From IMG/VR virus record IMGVR_UViG_3300035675_000013, positions 1-43,448 of that record: a DNA stretch of 43,448 bases; one strand, 5' to 3'. Positions within the stretch are counted from its first letter, which is position 1. Every line of letters begins with the position of its first letter. Source of the stretch: a virus (Duplodnaviria; Caudoviricetes). The position numbers were made by a program, and so were the translations under genes. This document shows, one piece after another, positions 1 to 7,477 of the stretch. The notes under the pieces are model-generated. The model made no database searches. It was not told the origin of the DNA and worked only from the letters and a program-made list of their open reading frames with translations.

Positions 1-66
1 TGATGAGCTTGCGGACTGCCTTGAGCACATCGACGACGACAAACTGTCTCCAGATGAAGAGATCGC
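1..66. repeat. Terminal redundancy / circular overlap (copy at 43296-43361)
   Basis: 1-66 is identical to 43296-43361. Confidence 0.95.
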
Positions 67-136
67 TCGTGAGAAACTGATACAACTCTGTTACGAAATC
101 ATCGCAGAAACCGGAGGAGGCAGACCGGACCGATAA
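1..136 (+). CDS. 3' part of a 57-aa hypothetical phage protein spanning the circular join (starts at 43258)
   Basis: Joining 43258-43295 to base 1 gives MANMSYCRFENTADELADCLEHIDDDKLSPDEEIAREKLIQLCYEIIAETGGGRPDR, ending TAA at 134-136. Confidence 0.85.
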   Translation, partial: DELADCLEHIDDDKLSPDEEIAREKLIQLCYEIIAETGGGRPDR

Positions 137-159
137 CCTGAATCACGGAGGACACGACG

Positions 160-804
160 ATGCAGACCGCATACACACTGTCTGACGGAAACGCTAGCGA
201 GACGTACCATACGCTATCCGACGCGTGCTCCGCAGCCGAAGATTGGTATGACTTCCTGCTCGCCGCTGTTGACGACGTTGACGATGAACTGCGCGAGGCT
301 GTGCGCTCCGCGGATTTCGGCGACTGCGCGACCGTTGAGCAGCTGCGCGCCGCGATCAGCGACTGGGAGTACCGCATTGCCAAGGCGAGCGGGTACGCGG
401 ATTTTCACGGACACGGCGCATACCACGTGAGCGCTGCCGATGCGATGGGACTGAGCTTGGTCTGCCAGTGTGAGGAGGAAGACGAGGAGGACACCATGAC
501 TACTTACACGACGATCGCGAACACCTACGAGACTTCGGACGACGACACGATTTTCCGCGCGATGGTTGCGGCGGAAACCCTGCACGGATCGCCTGCGGAT
601 CTAGACAATGCGCTCGAAGCTCTCGAAGAGGCTCTCGGCGCCGAGCTGACAGAGTCCGGAGAATACAGCCGCGGGCAAGTGTCCATCGATATTATCGATG
701 CCTGCGAGTCTGACGTGGCGAGCGCGTTTGGCGACGGCCCAGAGCACGCTGTGTGGGCCGATGGACGTTGGGTCGCGATTGACGAAGACGGGGCTCGGTG
801 GTGA
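160..804 (+). CDS. Acidic hypothetical early protein (possible second start at 496)
   Basis: GGAGG RBS before ATG160; a second GAGGAGG RBS before in-frame ATG496. Confidence 0.8.
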   Translation: MQTAYTLSDGNASETYHTLSDACSAAEDWYDFLLAAVDDVDDELREAVRSADFGDCATVEQLRAAISDWEYRIAKASGYADFHGHGAYHVSAADAMGLSLVCQCEEEDEEDTMTTYTTIANTYETSDDDTIFRAMVAAETLHGSPADLDNALEALEEALGAELTESGEYSRGQVSIDIIDACESDVASAFGDGPEHAVWADGRWVAIDEDGARW

Positions 805-821
805 AGTAAGGAGATGAGACG

Positions 822-1088
822 ATGACGACGAAGGAAACAAGGCTAGCGATGATCCGAGACGAGTACGAGCGACTGCACGGAGAGGATGACGTGGTATGCG
901 AGGTGGGTCGCGGTAGCGTAGGCACCGGTCGCCTACACATCGATCTGCCTGCCGGCGCGCTTCGCCACCTTGCTGAGCAGGTGCCAGGCCTCGACGTTGA
1001 CTTTGAGACTGGCCGTGCGTGGATCGATACGCGCAAGTTGGTCGCCGAGGTACGAAAGATCGCCAAGGCATTGGCGACGGCCAAGTGA
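822..1088 (+). CDS. Hypothetical protein
   Basis: AAGGAG RBS, tight packing with neighbours. Confidence 0.8.
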   Translation: MTTKETRLAMIRDEYERLHGEDDVVCEVGRGSVGTGRLHIDLPAGALRHLAEQVPGLDVDFETGRAWIDTRKLVAEVRKIAKALATAK

Positions 1089-1108
1089 CAGAAACAGGAG
1101 ACGAGACG

Positions 1109-1405
1109 ATGACTAAGACGACGAAGAGACCAGCAGTAGGTACGGTAGTGTGGCCGGCGCGCAGCCTGCTCGGACACTCGCGTTGCAACATCACAGGCGT
1201 ACACCCGGTGTGCGCGCCAGAAGAGCGTCCGTCCGCGGCGCCCGGGTACGCGGCACCAGTCAAGGCTTGCTGTGTGCAGTGTGGAACATTTTTCATCGTC
1301 GGCTGGACCGACGGACCGCGGCACGAATACGATAAAAAAGCCGGTCGCGAGGCCGTGCCCATACGCTACGTGGCCGAGGAGCTGGATTTGGTCGAGGTGA
1401 GGTAG
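1109..1405 (+). CDS. Hypothetical Cys-containing protein
   Basis: AGGAG RBS before ATG1109; CCVQC motif. Confidence 0.7.
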   Translation: MTKTTKRPAVGTVVWPARSLLGHSRCNITGVHPVCAPEERPSAAPGYAAPVKACCVQCGTFFIVGWTDGPRHEYDKKAGREAVPIRYVAEELDLVEVR

Positions 1406-1410
1406 CCCTC

Positions 1411-1629
1411 ATGACTGATATATCAGCCACGCTATTTTTGCTCGGAACAATCCTACTCAGCGTTGTGGCGCTGTGGGCTTACACACTCTATCTTCGAGGT
1501 CTACAGCATCACCGTCAACTAGAGCGCCGGATACGGGACCTCGAAACAACGTTGCAAATGAAAGCTATGCCCGCGCGCGATCTGCGCTTGTGGCTAGACG
1601 ACATATCTACGCCGAGCACACGCAAATGA
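1411..1629 (+). CDS. Small membrane protein
   Basis: N-terminal hydrophobic helix (LFLLGTILLSVVALWAY) followed by a coiled-coil-like segment. Confidence 0.7.
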   Translation: MTDISATLFLLGTILLSVVALWAYTLYLRGLQHHRQLERRIRDLETTLQMKAMPARDLRLWLDDISTPSTRK

Positions 1630-1829
1630 CGCAGTTGTACAACTATATCGGACGGGTAGAACTGCAACGCAGATATCAGCGCCAATCTTCGCGCGAACGC
1701 ATTGAGCGCCTGGTGCAGAAACAAATTCTCATAATGTGCCTCCGACATGTGCGCAGTTGGCACCTCGGTCACTGGCGGTGGCTCGCCAAAGAGTTGCGTG
1801 CGGAAAAAGAACGGCAATGCGCATTATAA
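1626..1829 (+). CDS. Hypothetical basic protein
   Basis: ATGA overlap with the upstream gene; begins MTQLYNYIG. Confidence 0.55.
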   Translation: MTQLYNYIGRVELQRRYQRQSSRERIERLVQKQILIMCLRHVRSWHLGHWRWLAKELRAEKERQCAL

Positions 1830-2104
1830 TAGATGTGACGGCGGCACAATTCTTGTTAATACTGAATCCTCAGCATCCGCCGCATCATTACGTCGAAGGT
1901 GACGCTACTGTCAGTCGGACTTACAGCGCGCTAACGCGCGGCCAACTGCAGCGCTTGTATCGTAACACAACGGGTTACGAGCTAGCGTCGACCAACTACA
2001 ACTCCGCAATTCAGGCTTGCAAAACTCTCGCAATACGATTACTGTCCACAACTGACCCCGGAGGATTCGAGAATGGCTACTCGCTCGAAAAAGAAGACGG
2101 CTAG
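1817..2104 (+). CDS. Hypothetical protein
   Basis: ATG1817 (MRIIIDV...LYRNTTG), overlaps both neighbours. Confidence 0.65.
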   Translation: MRIIIDVTAAQFLLILNPQHPPHHYVEGDATVSRTYSALTRGQLQRLYRNTTGYELASTNYNSAIQACKTLAIRLLSTTDPGGFENGYSLEKEDG

Positions 2105-2936
2105 CAAGCCGTCACGGTTGACCAAGAAGGCGACCGCGAAGCAAAAGAAGTCAACGCGCAAAGTACATACCGCCGAAACCATTTACGCAACGAAACCCGA
2201 CACGAAAGGATCCAGCATGACCGAAGCTCACGCAGCCAACACCACCTCTGCCATCGAACAGCTACTGGCGGATATCTCCGCCAAGCTCACAGAGCTAGTG
2301 CAGATCGAAACCTATCTCGCCAATCGTGCGCTCGACACCAGCAAGCCTACGCCGGCTGCTGTTGCCGCACCGAACGCAGCGGCGCCGTCTGCCGTATCTC
2401 CCGTCGCGCCTGCGGCCACTCCTCCGCCGGCAACTCCGTCACGTCCGGGTGCCGGTACCATCGGAGGCCTGGTGTATGATTACTGCGATGGGTTGAACCA
2501 GCAGCTTGGCCGCGCGCCCACGAAGGATGAACTGTTGCAGGCAATCCGGCAATACAGCCCGACCGTCAACGGACAACCGGTCAACGAGTTGACCGTTGCC
2601 ACGCAATACAGCAAGTGGCGAGGCTCGCAGGGCCTGCCCAAGTTGCCGCGTGGCTTCGCAGCTGGCAAGCAAAACGCGTCGGCTAAGGCTCCGCAGTCCA
2701 CACCGCCGTCGATTCCAACGCCGTCGGCGCCGACTATCGGTGCGCAACCCGGTTCGCTTCCTCCAACGGCACAGCCGGGCGCGCAGGTACCGCCATTCGC
2801 GATGCCTGCTGCCGTCGCCCCTGCTGCGCCACCCGCGGTTTCCCCCATTCCCGCCGCTGCCGTGCCGTCGGTGATCGCACCGACCGCTGTGCCTGCGGCG
2901 TCCATCCCGCCGTGGTTGCGCTCGCAGCAAGGCTAG
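2073..2936 (+). CDS. Pro/Ala-rich protein with a basic N-terminus and a central helical, possibly DNA-binding domain
   Basis: GGAGGA RBS; alternative start at 2217 (GAAAGGA); central VYDYCD...TVATQYSKWR block flanked by low-complexity linkers. Confidence 0.8.
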   Translation: MATRSKKKTASKPSRLTKKATAKQKKSTRKVHTAETIYATKPDTKGSSMTEAHAANTTSAIEQLLADISAKLTELVQIETYLANRALDTSKPTPAAVAAPNAAAPSAVSPVAPAATPPPATPSRPGAGTIGGLVYDYCDGLNQQLGRAPTKDELLQAIRQYSPTVNGQPVNELTVATQYSKWRGSQGLPKLPRGFAAGKQNASAKAPQSTPPSIPTPSAPTIGAQPGSLPPTAQPGAQVPPFAMPAAVAPAAPPAVSPIPAAAVPSVIAPTAVPAASIPPWLRSQQG

Positions 2937-2954
2937 ACTAGTCGCGCTTCGCTC

Positions 2955-2985
2955 GTGGCCACAACCATCGAGAGGTTGCGGCCAC
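2955..2985 (+). terminator. Stem-loop after the Pro/Ala-rich gene (terminator or processing hairpin)
   Basis: GTGGCCACAACC / GGTTGCGGCCAC 12-bp stem with 1 mismatch; no U-tract. Confidence 0.4.
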
Positions 2986-3002
2986 CCTGAGGAGCACGAC
3001 AA

Positions 3003-3158
3003 ATGCCACTCTGGTTATTGTGCTGCGTCGGCCTGCTGCTGCTAGACTCGCGGCAATCAGGACGAGACAACGCGCACCGATGTCGCGAAGGTGCCTATAG
3101 TCGGCGCCTGCGACGCTATATTGCCTTAGTTAGATTGGGGTATGGTACAGATAGGTGA
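3003..3158 (+). CDS. Possible 51-aa protein with a hydrophobic N-terminus
   Basis: GAGGAG RBS; MPLWLLCCVGLLLLDS...; not in the ORF track. Confidence 0.4.
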   Translation: MPLWLLCCVGLLLLDSRQSGRDNAHRCREGAYSRRLRRYIALVRLGYGTDR

Positions 3159-3316
3159 GGCCTACGGGCTATACGCAGGCGAAGGACTAGTCACCCTGAG
3201 ATCTGCAACGAAGCGAAGCCGCCATGGGGGCAAAGGTAGATACCGCCAGTGCGCGAAATGCGCTAGCCAATACGGCTTACGGTCCCCGGCATTGCGACGA
3301 TGCAAGCGGCCCTACA

Positions 3317-4264
3317 ATGGATCTTTTGCAGGCACTCAAGTTTGTGTCAGGAGCAGTCGCTAAAAGCGATTACTCTCCTGCCTTGCAGCACATAGCTGTG
3401 GGGGGCGGATACGTCGTGTCCTTCAACGGCACCGTGGCTTTATGCGCTCCTGTAGTGCTTGACCTTGCCGCTTGTCCGCGTGCAGACATCTTCGCCAAGG
3501 CGATCGCAGCCTGCACCGAACCTGCGCAGTTGCACCTTACAGAGCAAGGTCTAGCTGTGCAAAGCGGTCCCCTACGCGTAGTAGTACCTTGCACACACGA
3601 AACGTTCCCTCGTGTGTGCCCCGAAGGCTTCGAGGTGCCGCTAGGTGCTAGCTTCCTTGCAGCGCTTGAAGCACTAGAACCGCTTGTGTCCACAGATACA
3701 AACCGGCAATGGAGCAATGGCGTGTTGCTTCGCGGTGCTTCGGCCTATGCTACAAACAACGTCATTTTGTGCGAGTATTGGTTAGGCCACTTGCTAGCTA
3801 CCGACATCAATATTCCACTGCCTGCTGTGCGTGAATTGATCCGCATTGGAAAAGCGCCTACGCGTCTGCAGGTTGCAGAGCGCAGCGCTACGTTTCATTT
3901 TGCAGACGGACGCTGGCTTCGTACGCTACTATATCCGACGACGTGGCCGCAGGCGTTGACGTCACTGCTTAGCCACACTGACGCCGATGCTCCCAAACTG
4001 CCTAACGGCTTCTTCGCAGCACTTGCGCAACTCGCTTCATTCGGCGAGGATGTCTTTTTGGTAGAAGAAGGCCTTGCAACTACGCCGCACACGTCGGAAG
4101 GCGCACACGTTACACTAGCAGGATTACACACAGGACCTCGCTTTAGCTTGCGCCAATTGCGTGCGTTGGAAGGCCTCGCTACAGCGATTAACTTCGCCGA
4201 CTATCCGCAGCCTTGCCGCTTCACCGGTGAACGCGTGCGCGGGGTGATCATGGGTGTCACATGA
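3317..4264 (+). CDS. DNA polymerase III beta-clamp-like protein (phage sliding clamp)
   Basis: MDLLQALKFVSGAVAKSD...SFNG...YATNN...F.G.R.RGVIMG pattern of phage beta-clamp homologues; ~315 aa; lies near the polymerase. Confidence 0.7.
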   Translation: MDLLQALKFVSGAVAKSDYSPALQHIAVGGGYVVSFNGTVALCAPVVLDLAACPRADIFAKAIAACTEPAQLHLTEQGLAVQSGPLRVVVPCTHETFPRVCPEGFEVPLGASFLAALEALEPLVSTDTNRQWSNGVLLRGASAYATNNVILCEYWLGHLLATDINIPLPAVRELIRIGKAPTRLQVAERSATFHFADGRWLRTLLYPTTWPQALTSLLSHTDADAPKLPNGFFAALAQLASFGEDVFLVEEGLATTPHTSEGAHVTLAGLHTGPRFSLRQLRALEGLATAINFADYPQPCRFTGERVRGVIMGVT

Positions 4265-4809
4265 CAAAAGCTGAAATGTTGTCGCTAGGAAAGCAGCTCA
4301 TACAAGCATGGTGTGAAGCTAACTGCATAAAACCGCCTTACGTTCTAGAGCACTGGAAAGGCAAGTGCGACTTTGGCGTATGCGCCTACTACCGCAACGG
4401 CACTATTGAGATCTGGCCGCACATGTGTGCAGCAACCGGCACAGCCGGAAGGCAATGGAGTTATCCCGGTTACGTTGTTGACCGAACACCATTCGGCGTG
4501 CTTGCTCATGAGCTTGGTCATCATGTTGACGGACAACACGGCGCTGCAGGCGGAATACTATCGCATCGATGGCGACCTATCGATCCAAAACCGCTAACTA
4601 GCTAATGCCCAAACGACAATGAGTGGTTCGCAGAGCTATTCCGCTTGTTTGTCACCAATCCCAATTTGTTGAGGAATGTTCGTCCAATTGCTTGGCAATT
4701 GTTTTCTCGGCAATGGGCATCGGTAGAAACACGCAAATGGAATGACGTGCTAGCAAGTGCACCTCGCCAATTGCAAGCAGCACGCAATCGTATAGCACGT
4801 GCTATATGA
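4261..4809 (+). pseudogene. Zincin metallopeptidase-like gene interrupted by an in-frame TAA at 4603-4605
   Basis: HELGH motif before the stop; the frame continues CPNDNEWFAELF... to TGA4807-4809, which overlaps the polymerase ATG (ATGA). Confidence 0.7.
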
Positions 4810-6776
4810 CCGGTCTTTTCTGGCATGACAACGCCGCGCCAGTTACGCGGCTCAGGCCACCGATACCCGAGACAGGATGGCGGACACCTCGCGACTTCCC
4901 GAACCTCGCAACCGCGCACGCGTTAGCCATCGACGTCGAAGCCTACGATCCAGAATTGGTCGACCGCGGTCCGGGCTGGGCACGCGGACGCGGGCACATT
5001 GTCGGCTTGTCGGTTGGCACAGATGACAGACACCGCTGGTATTTTCCCCTGCGGCACACTGTTGAGCCGCAAGACAATCTAGATCCCGCACATGTGCTCG
5101 CATGGGCGGCTGTCGAGCTTGCACGGACGACACAGCCGAAGCTCGGCGCAAACTTGATCTACGATGTCGGTTGGCTTCGCCAAGAAGGCGTACACGTTCA
5201 AGGCGAACTATTCGCTGTCGACTTCGCCGAAGCGCTACTAGACGAAGCCGCAACAGTAAACCTAGACGACCTTGGCCAACGCTATCTCGGCCGAGGCAAA
5301 ACGTCGTCACAACTTTACGATTGGTGTCGCGCTTGGTATGGCGGAGGTGCAGACCAGCGGGCAAACATCTGGCGCGCACCTCCGCGCCTTGTAGGTCCCT
5401 ACGCCGAAGGCGACGTTGACTTGCCTTTCTCTGTGCTCGACAAGCAATGGCAACGATTGCAGGCCGAAGGCTTGCTTGACTTATTCCGCATGGAGTGTGC
5501 GCTCATCCCGCTACTTGTGGAAATGCGCTTCGCTGGCGTAGCCGTTGACCTCGAACACGCTGACCGGGTTCGTTCTGACCTGCTAACAGCTTCGACAATT
5601 GAGCAAGCTAAACTGCGCTCAATTGTCGGCTTCGAGGTAAACGTCAACGCTGCGGCAAGCATTGCCAAAGCATTCGATCGCTTTGGATACAAATACGACC
5701 GTACCGCTACAGGAGCACCTAGTTTCACGAAAGACTTTCTCGCCGCTTGCCACAATCCCGTTGCAGACGCTGTAATGGAGATTCGTAAGCTCGACAAATT
5801 GCGCACCACCTTTGTGGAAAACTACATACTTGGCGCGCACGTCGATGGTAAGATCTACTGCAGTTTCAATCCGCTACGTGCAGACGAAACCGGCGCACGG
5901 TCCGGGCGATTCAGCGGCACAGATCCAAATCTGCAAAACATTCCAATACGTGACAAAGTATGGGGCAAAAAATTGCGCAGTTTGTTTGTGCCGGATAGTG
6001 GTCACGAGCAATGGCGCAAATTTGACTACTCGCAAATCGAGTATCGCTTTCTCGTACACTTCGCGGTCGGGAGTGGCGCAGACGAAGCTCGCCGTAAGTA
6101 CTGTGAAGATCCCAAAACCGATTACCACGCGTGGGTACAGCAACTTGTCGCTCCCATTGCAGGATGGGACTTATCTACAGCAGAGTTGCGAAAACTTCAC
6201 AGATTCCTGACGAAGAATCTCAACTTCGGCGCAGTCTACGGCATTGGCGAGGGGCACATGGCGGAGCTACTACAGCAGCCACGCAATGAAGCCAAGAAGA
6301 TTTTAGACAGTTACCACAAAGCACTTCCGTTCGTGCGTGCAACGATGCAGGATTGCATCGGGAAGATTGAACAGCAGGGCTACATCACAACGATACTCAA
6401 TCGGCGCAGTCGCTTTGACCTGTGGGAGTCTGCACACGAACGCGGCACCCAACCGTTTCCGTATCAGCAAGCATTGCTGCAGTACGGACAGATCAAGCGC
6501 GCTTATGCCTATCGCGGACTCAATCGGCTTTTGCAGGGTAGCGCTGCGGATCTGTTCAAAGCCGCCATGTTGCGCTGTTGGACGTCGGGTGTGTACGCGT
6601 ACACCGGAGTACCGCGCTTGATTGTGCACGATGAAAAAGATTTCAGCGACCCTGGCAATACAGACGCAGCTTTTCGTGAAATGAAACACATAATGGAAAC
6701 CGCGCTCCCATTGCGTGTGCCGGTGCTCACGGAAGAGGAGCGCGGCGCCAATTGGGGATCACTGCAAGAAGTCTAG
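4806..6776 (+). CDS. polA: DNA polymerase family A with 3'-5' exonuclease domain
   Basis: Exo motifs IDVE, NLIYD, YAEGD; SGRFS..PNLQNIP; motif A DYSQIEYR; motif B KNLNFGAVYG; motif C VHDE. Confidence 0.97.
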   Translation: MTGLFWHDNAAPVTRLRPPIPETGWRTPRDFPNLATAHALAIDVEAYDPELVDRGPGWARGRGHIVGLSVGTDDRHRWYFPLRHTVEPQDNLDPAHVLAWAAVELARTTQPKLGANLIYDVGWLRQEGVHVQGELFAVDFAEALLDEAATVNLDDLGQRYLGRGKTSSQLYDWCRAWYGGGADQRANIWRAPPRLVGPYAEGDVDLPFSVLDKQWQRLQAEGLLDLFRMECALIPLLVEMRFAGVAVDLEHADRVRSDLLTASTIEQAKLRSIVGFEVNVNAAASIAKAFDRFGYKYDRTATGAPSFTKDFLAACHNPVADAVMEIRKLDKLRTTFVENYILGAHVDGKIYCSFNPLRADETGARSGRFSGTDPNLQNIPIRDKVWGKKLRSLFVPDSGHEQWRKFDYSQIEYRFLVHFAVGSGADEARRKYCEDPKTDYHAWVQQLVAPIAGWDLSTAELRKLHRFLTKNLNFGAVYGIGEGHMAELLQQPRNEAKKILDSYHKALPFVRATMQDCIGKIEQQGYITTILNRRSRFDLWESAHERGTQPFPYQQALLQYGQIKRAYAYRGLNRLLQGSAADLFKAAMLRCWTSGVYAYTGVPRLIVHDEKDFSDPGNTDAAFREMKHIMETALPLRVPVLTEEERGANWGSLQEV

Positions 6777-7048
6777 TGTCGCACTAAGTGTTGCAACACA
6801 AATCCTACTACAGTAGCTAGTGTAGATATGCCCGCGAAAAGCTGGACAGTTCTTACGTTCTTGGCTGCCGCCTCACGCGCAGCACCTCGTTCCTCAGCTT
6901 GACTCTTTTCTAACGTTGTTATGCGTTCGCGCATTTGGCTCACTTCTTTCCAGAGTGATTCAACGGATCCCGAATGTGCGCACTCATTCGCGTGGTCCGC
7001 AATACTGCCGTGGATCAGTTCTTTGATGCGCGCGATCGGGCTTTCCAT
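6773..7048 (-). CDS. Coiled-coil protein with a C-terminal TM helix (possible holin or lysis accessory)
   Basis: AGGAG RBS before ATG7048; ends LFAGISTLATVVGFVLQHL; last gene of the late operon. Confidence 0.65.
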   Translation of the reverse strand: MESPIARIKELIHGSIADHANECAHSGSVESLWKEVSQMRERITTLEKSQAEERGAAREAAAKNVRTVQLFAGISTLATVVGFVLQHLVRH

Positions 7049-7081
7049 AAAGCGGCTCCTACTTATCAATAGTACAACGTA

Positions 7082-7111
7082 TGCTCGCAGCGAACACCTC
7101 CGCTGCGAGCA
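7082..7111. terminator. Perfect 11-bp inverted repeat (terminator or attenuator)
   Basis: TGCTCGCAGCG-8nt-CGCTGCGAGCA, intergenic. Confidence 0.55.
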
Positions 7112-7123
7112 CAAGGGGTATTG

Positions 7124-7390
7124 CTACGACACCAGGGGTGGCATGAGGACAGTGCGTTCGATCGCCGGTACGAAACCGGTACCCAGTGCAATGGTCTGCA
7201 ACACCGCCGTTGCCTTGTCCGCGAGGTTCTGATACGAAGCCTCCATTTCCACAGCGGCAGCATCGTACGCCGCCTGTGCTGCGATCAAAGCCGCGCGAGA
7301 AGCATTGAACGCGTCGGTAGCTGAAACGACGCGGGTGATGGCTTGACTGTGCGCTGTGAGCGCTGGTCCCGTTGCTGGATTTGCTGGCAT
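7124..7390 (-). CDS. Ala-rich helical hypothetical protein
   Basis: AAGGAGG RBS. Confidence 0.75.
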   Translation of the reverse strand: MPANPATGPALTAHSQAITRVVSATDAFNASRAALIAAQAAYDAAAVEMEASYQNLADKATAVLQTIALGTGFVPAIERTVLMPPLVS

Positions 7391-7477
7391 TGTCGGCCTC
7401 CTTTGTTCAGTACCGGACTCATTTCGAACCGCACAGCCTACCGGTATCAGCCACGCAGTTTCCGAGAAGATGTTCGC

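Noticed and set aside
601-1362. 253-aa and 210-aa minus-strand ORFs
   Set aside because: They overlap well-supported + strand genes with strong RBSs; GC-rich shadow ORFs
1817-2104. Frameshift fusing this ORF to the Pro/Ala-rich gene
   Set aside because: It would need a +1 shift, and the downstream gene has its own strong RBS
2985-3015. Hammerhead ribozyme core (CTGAGGA)
   Set aside because: No GAAA or cleavage-site arrangement follows; the sequence is explained as an RBS
4603-4605. Genome-wide stop-codon reassignment explaining the in-frame TAA
   Set aside because: TAA, TAG and TGA all terminate conserved genes at expected positions (for example the capsid and tape measure genes end in TAA), and no suppressor tRNA is seen
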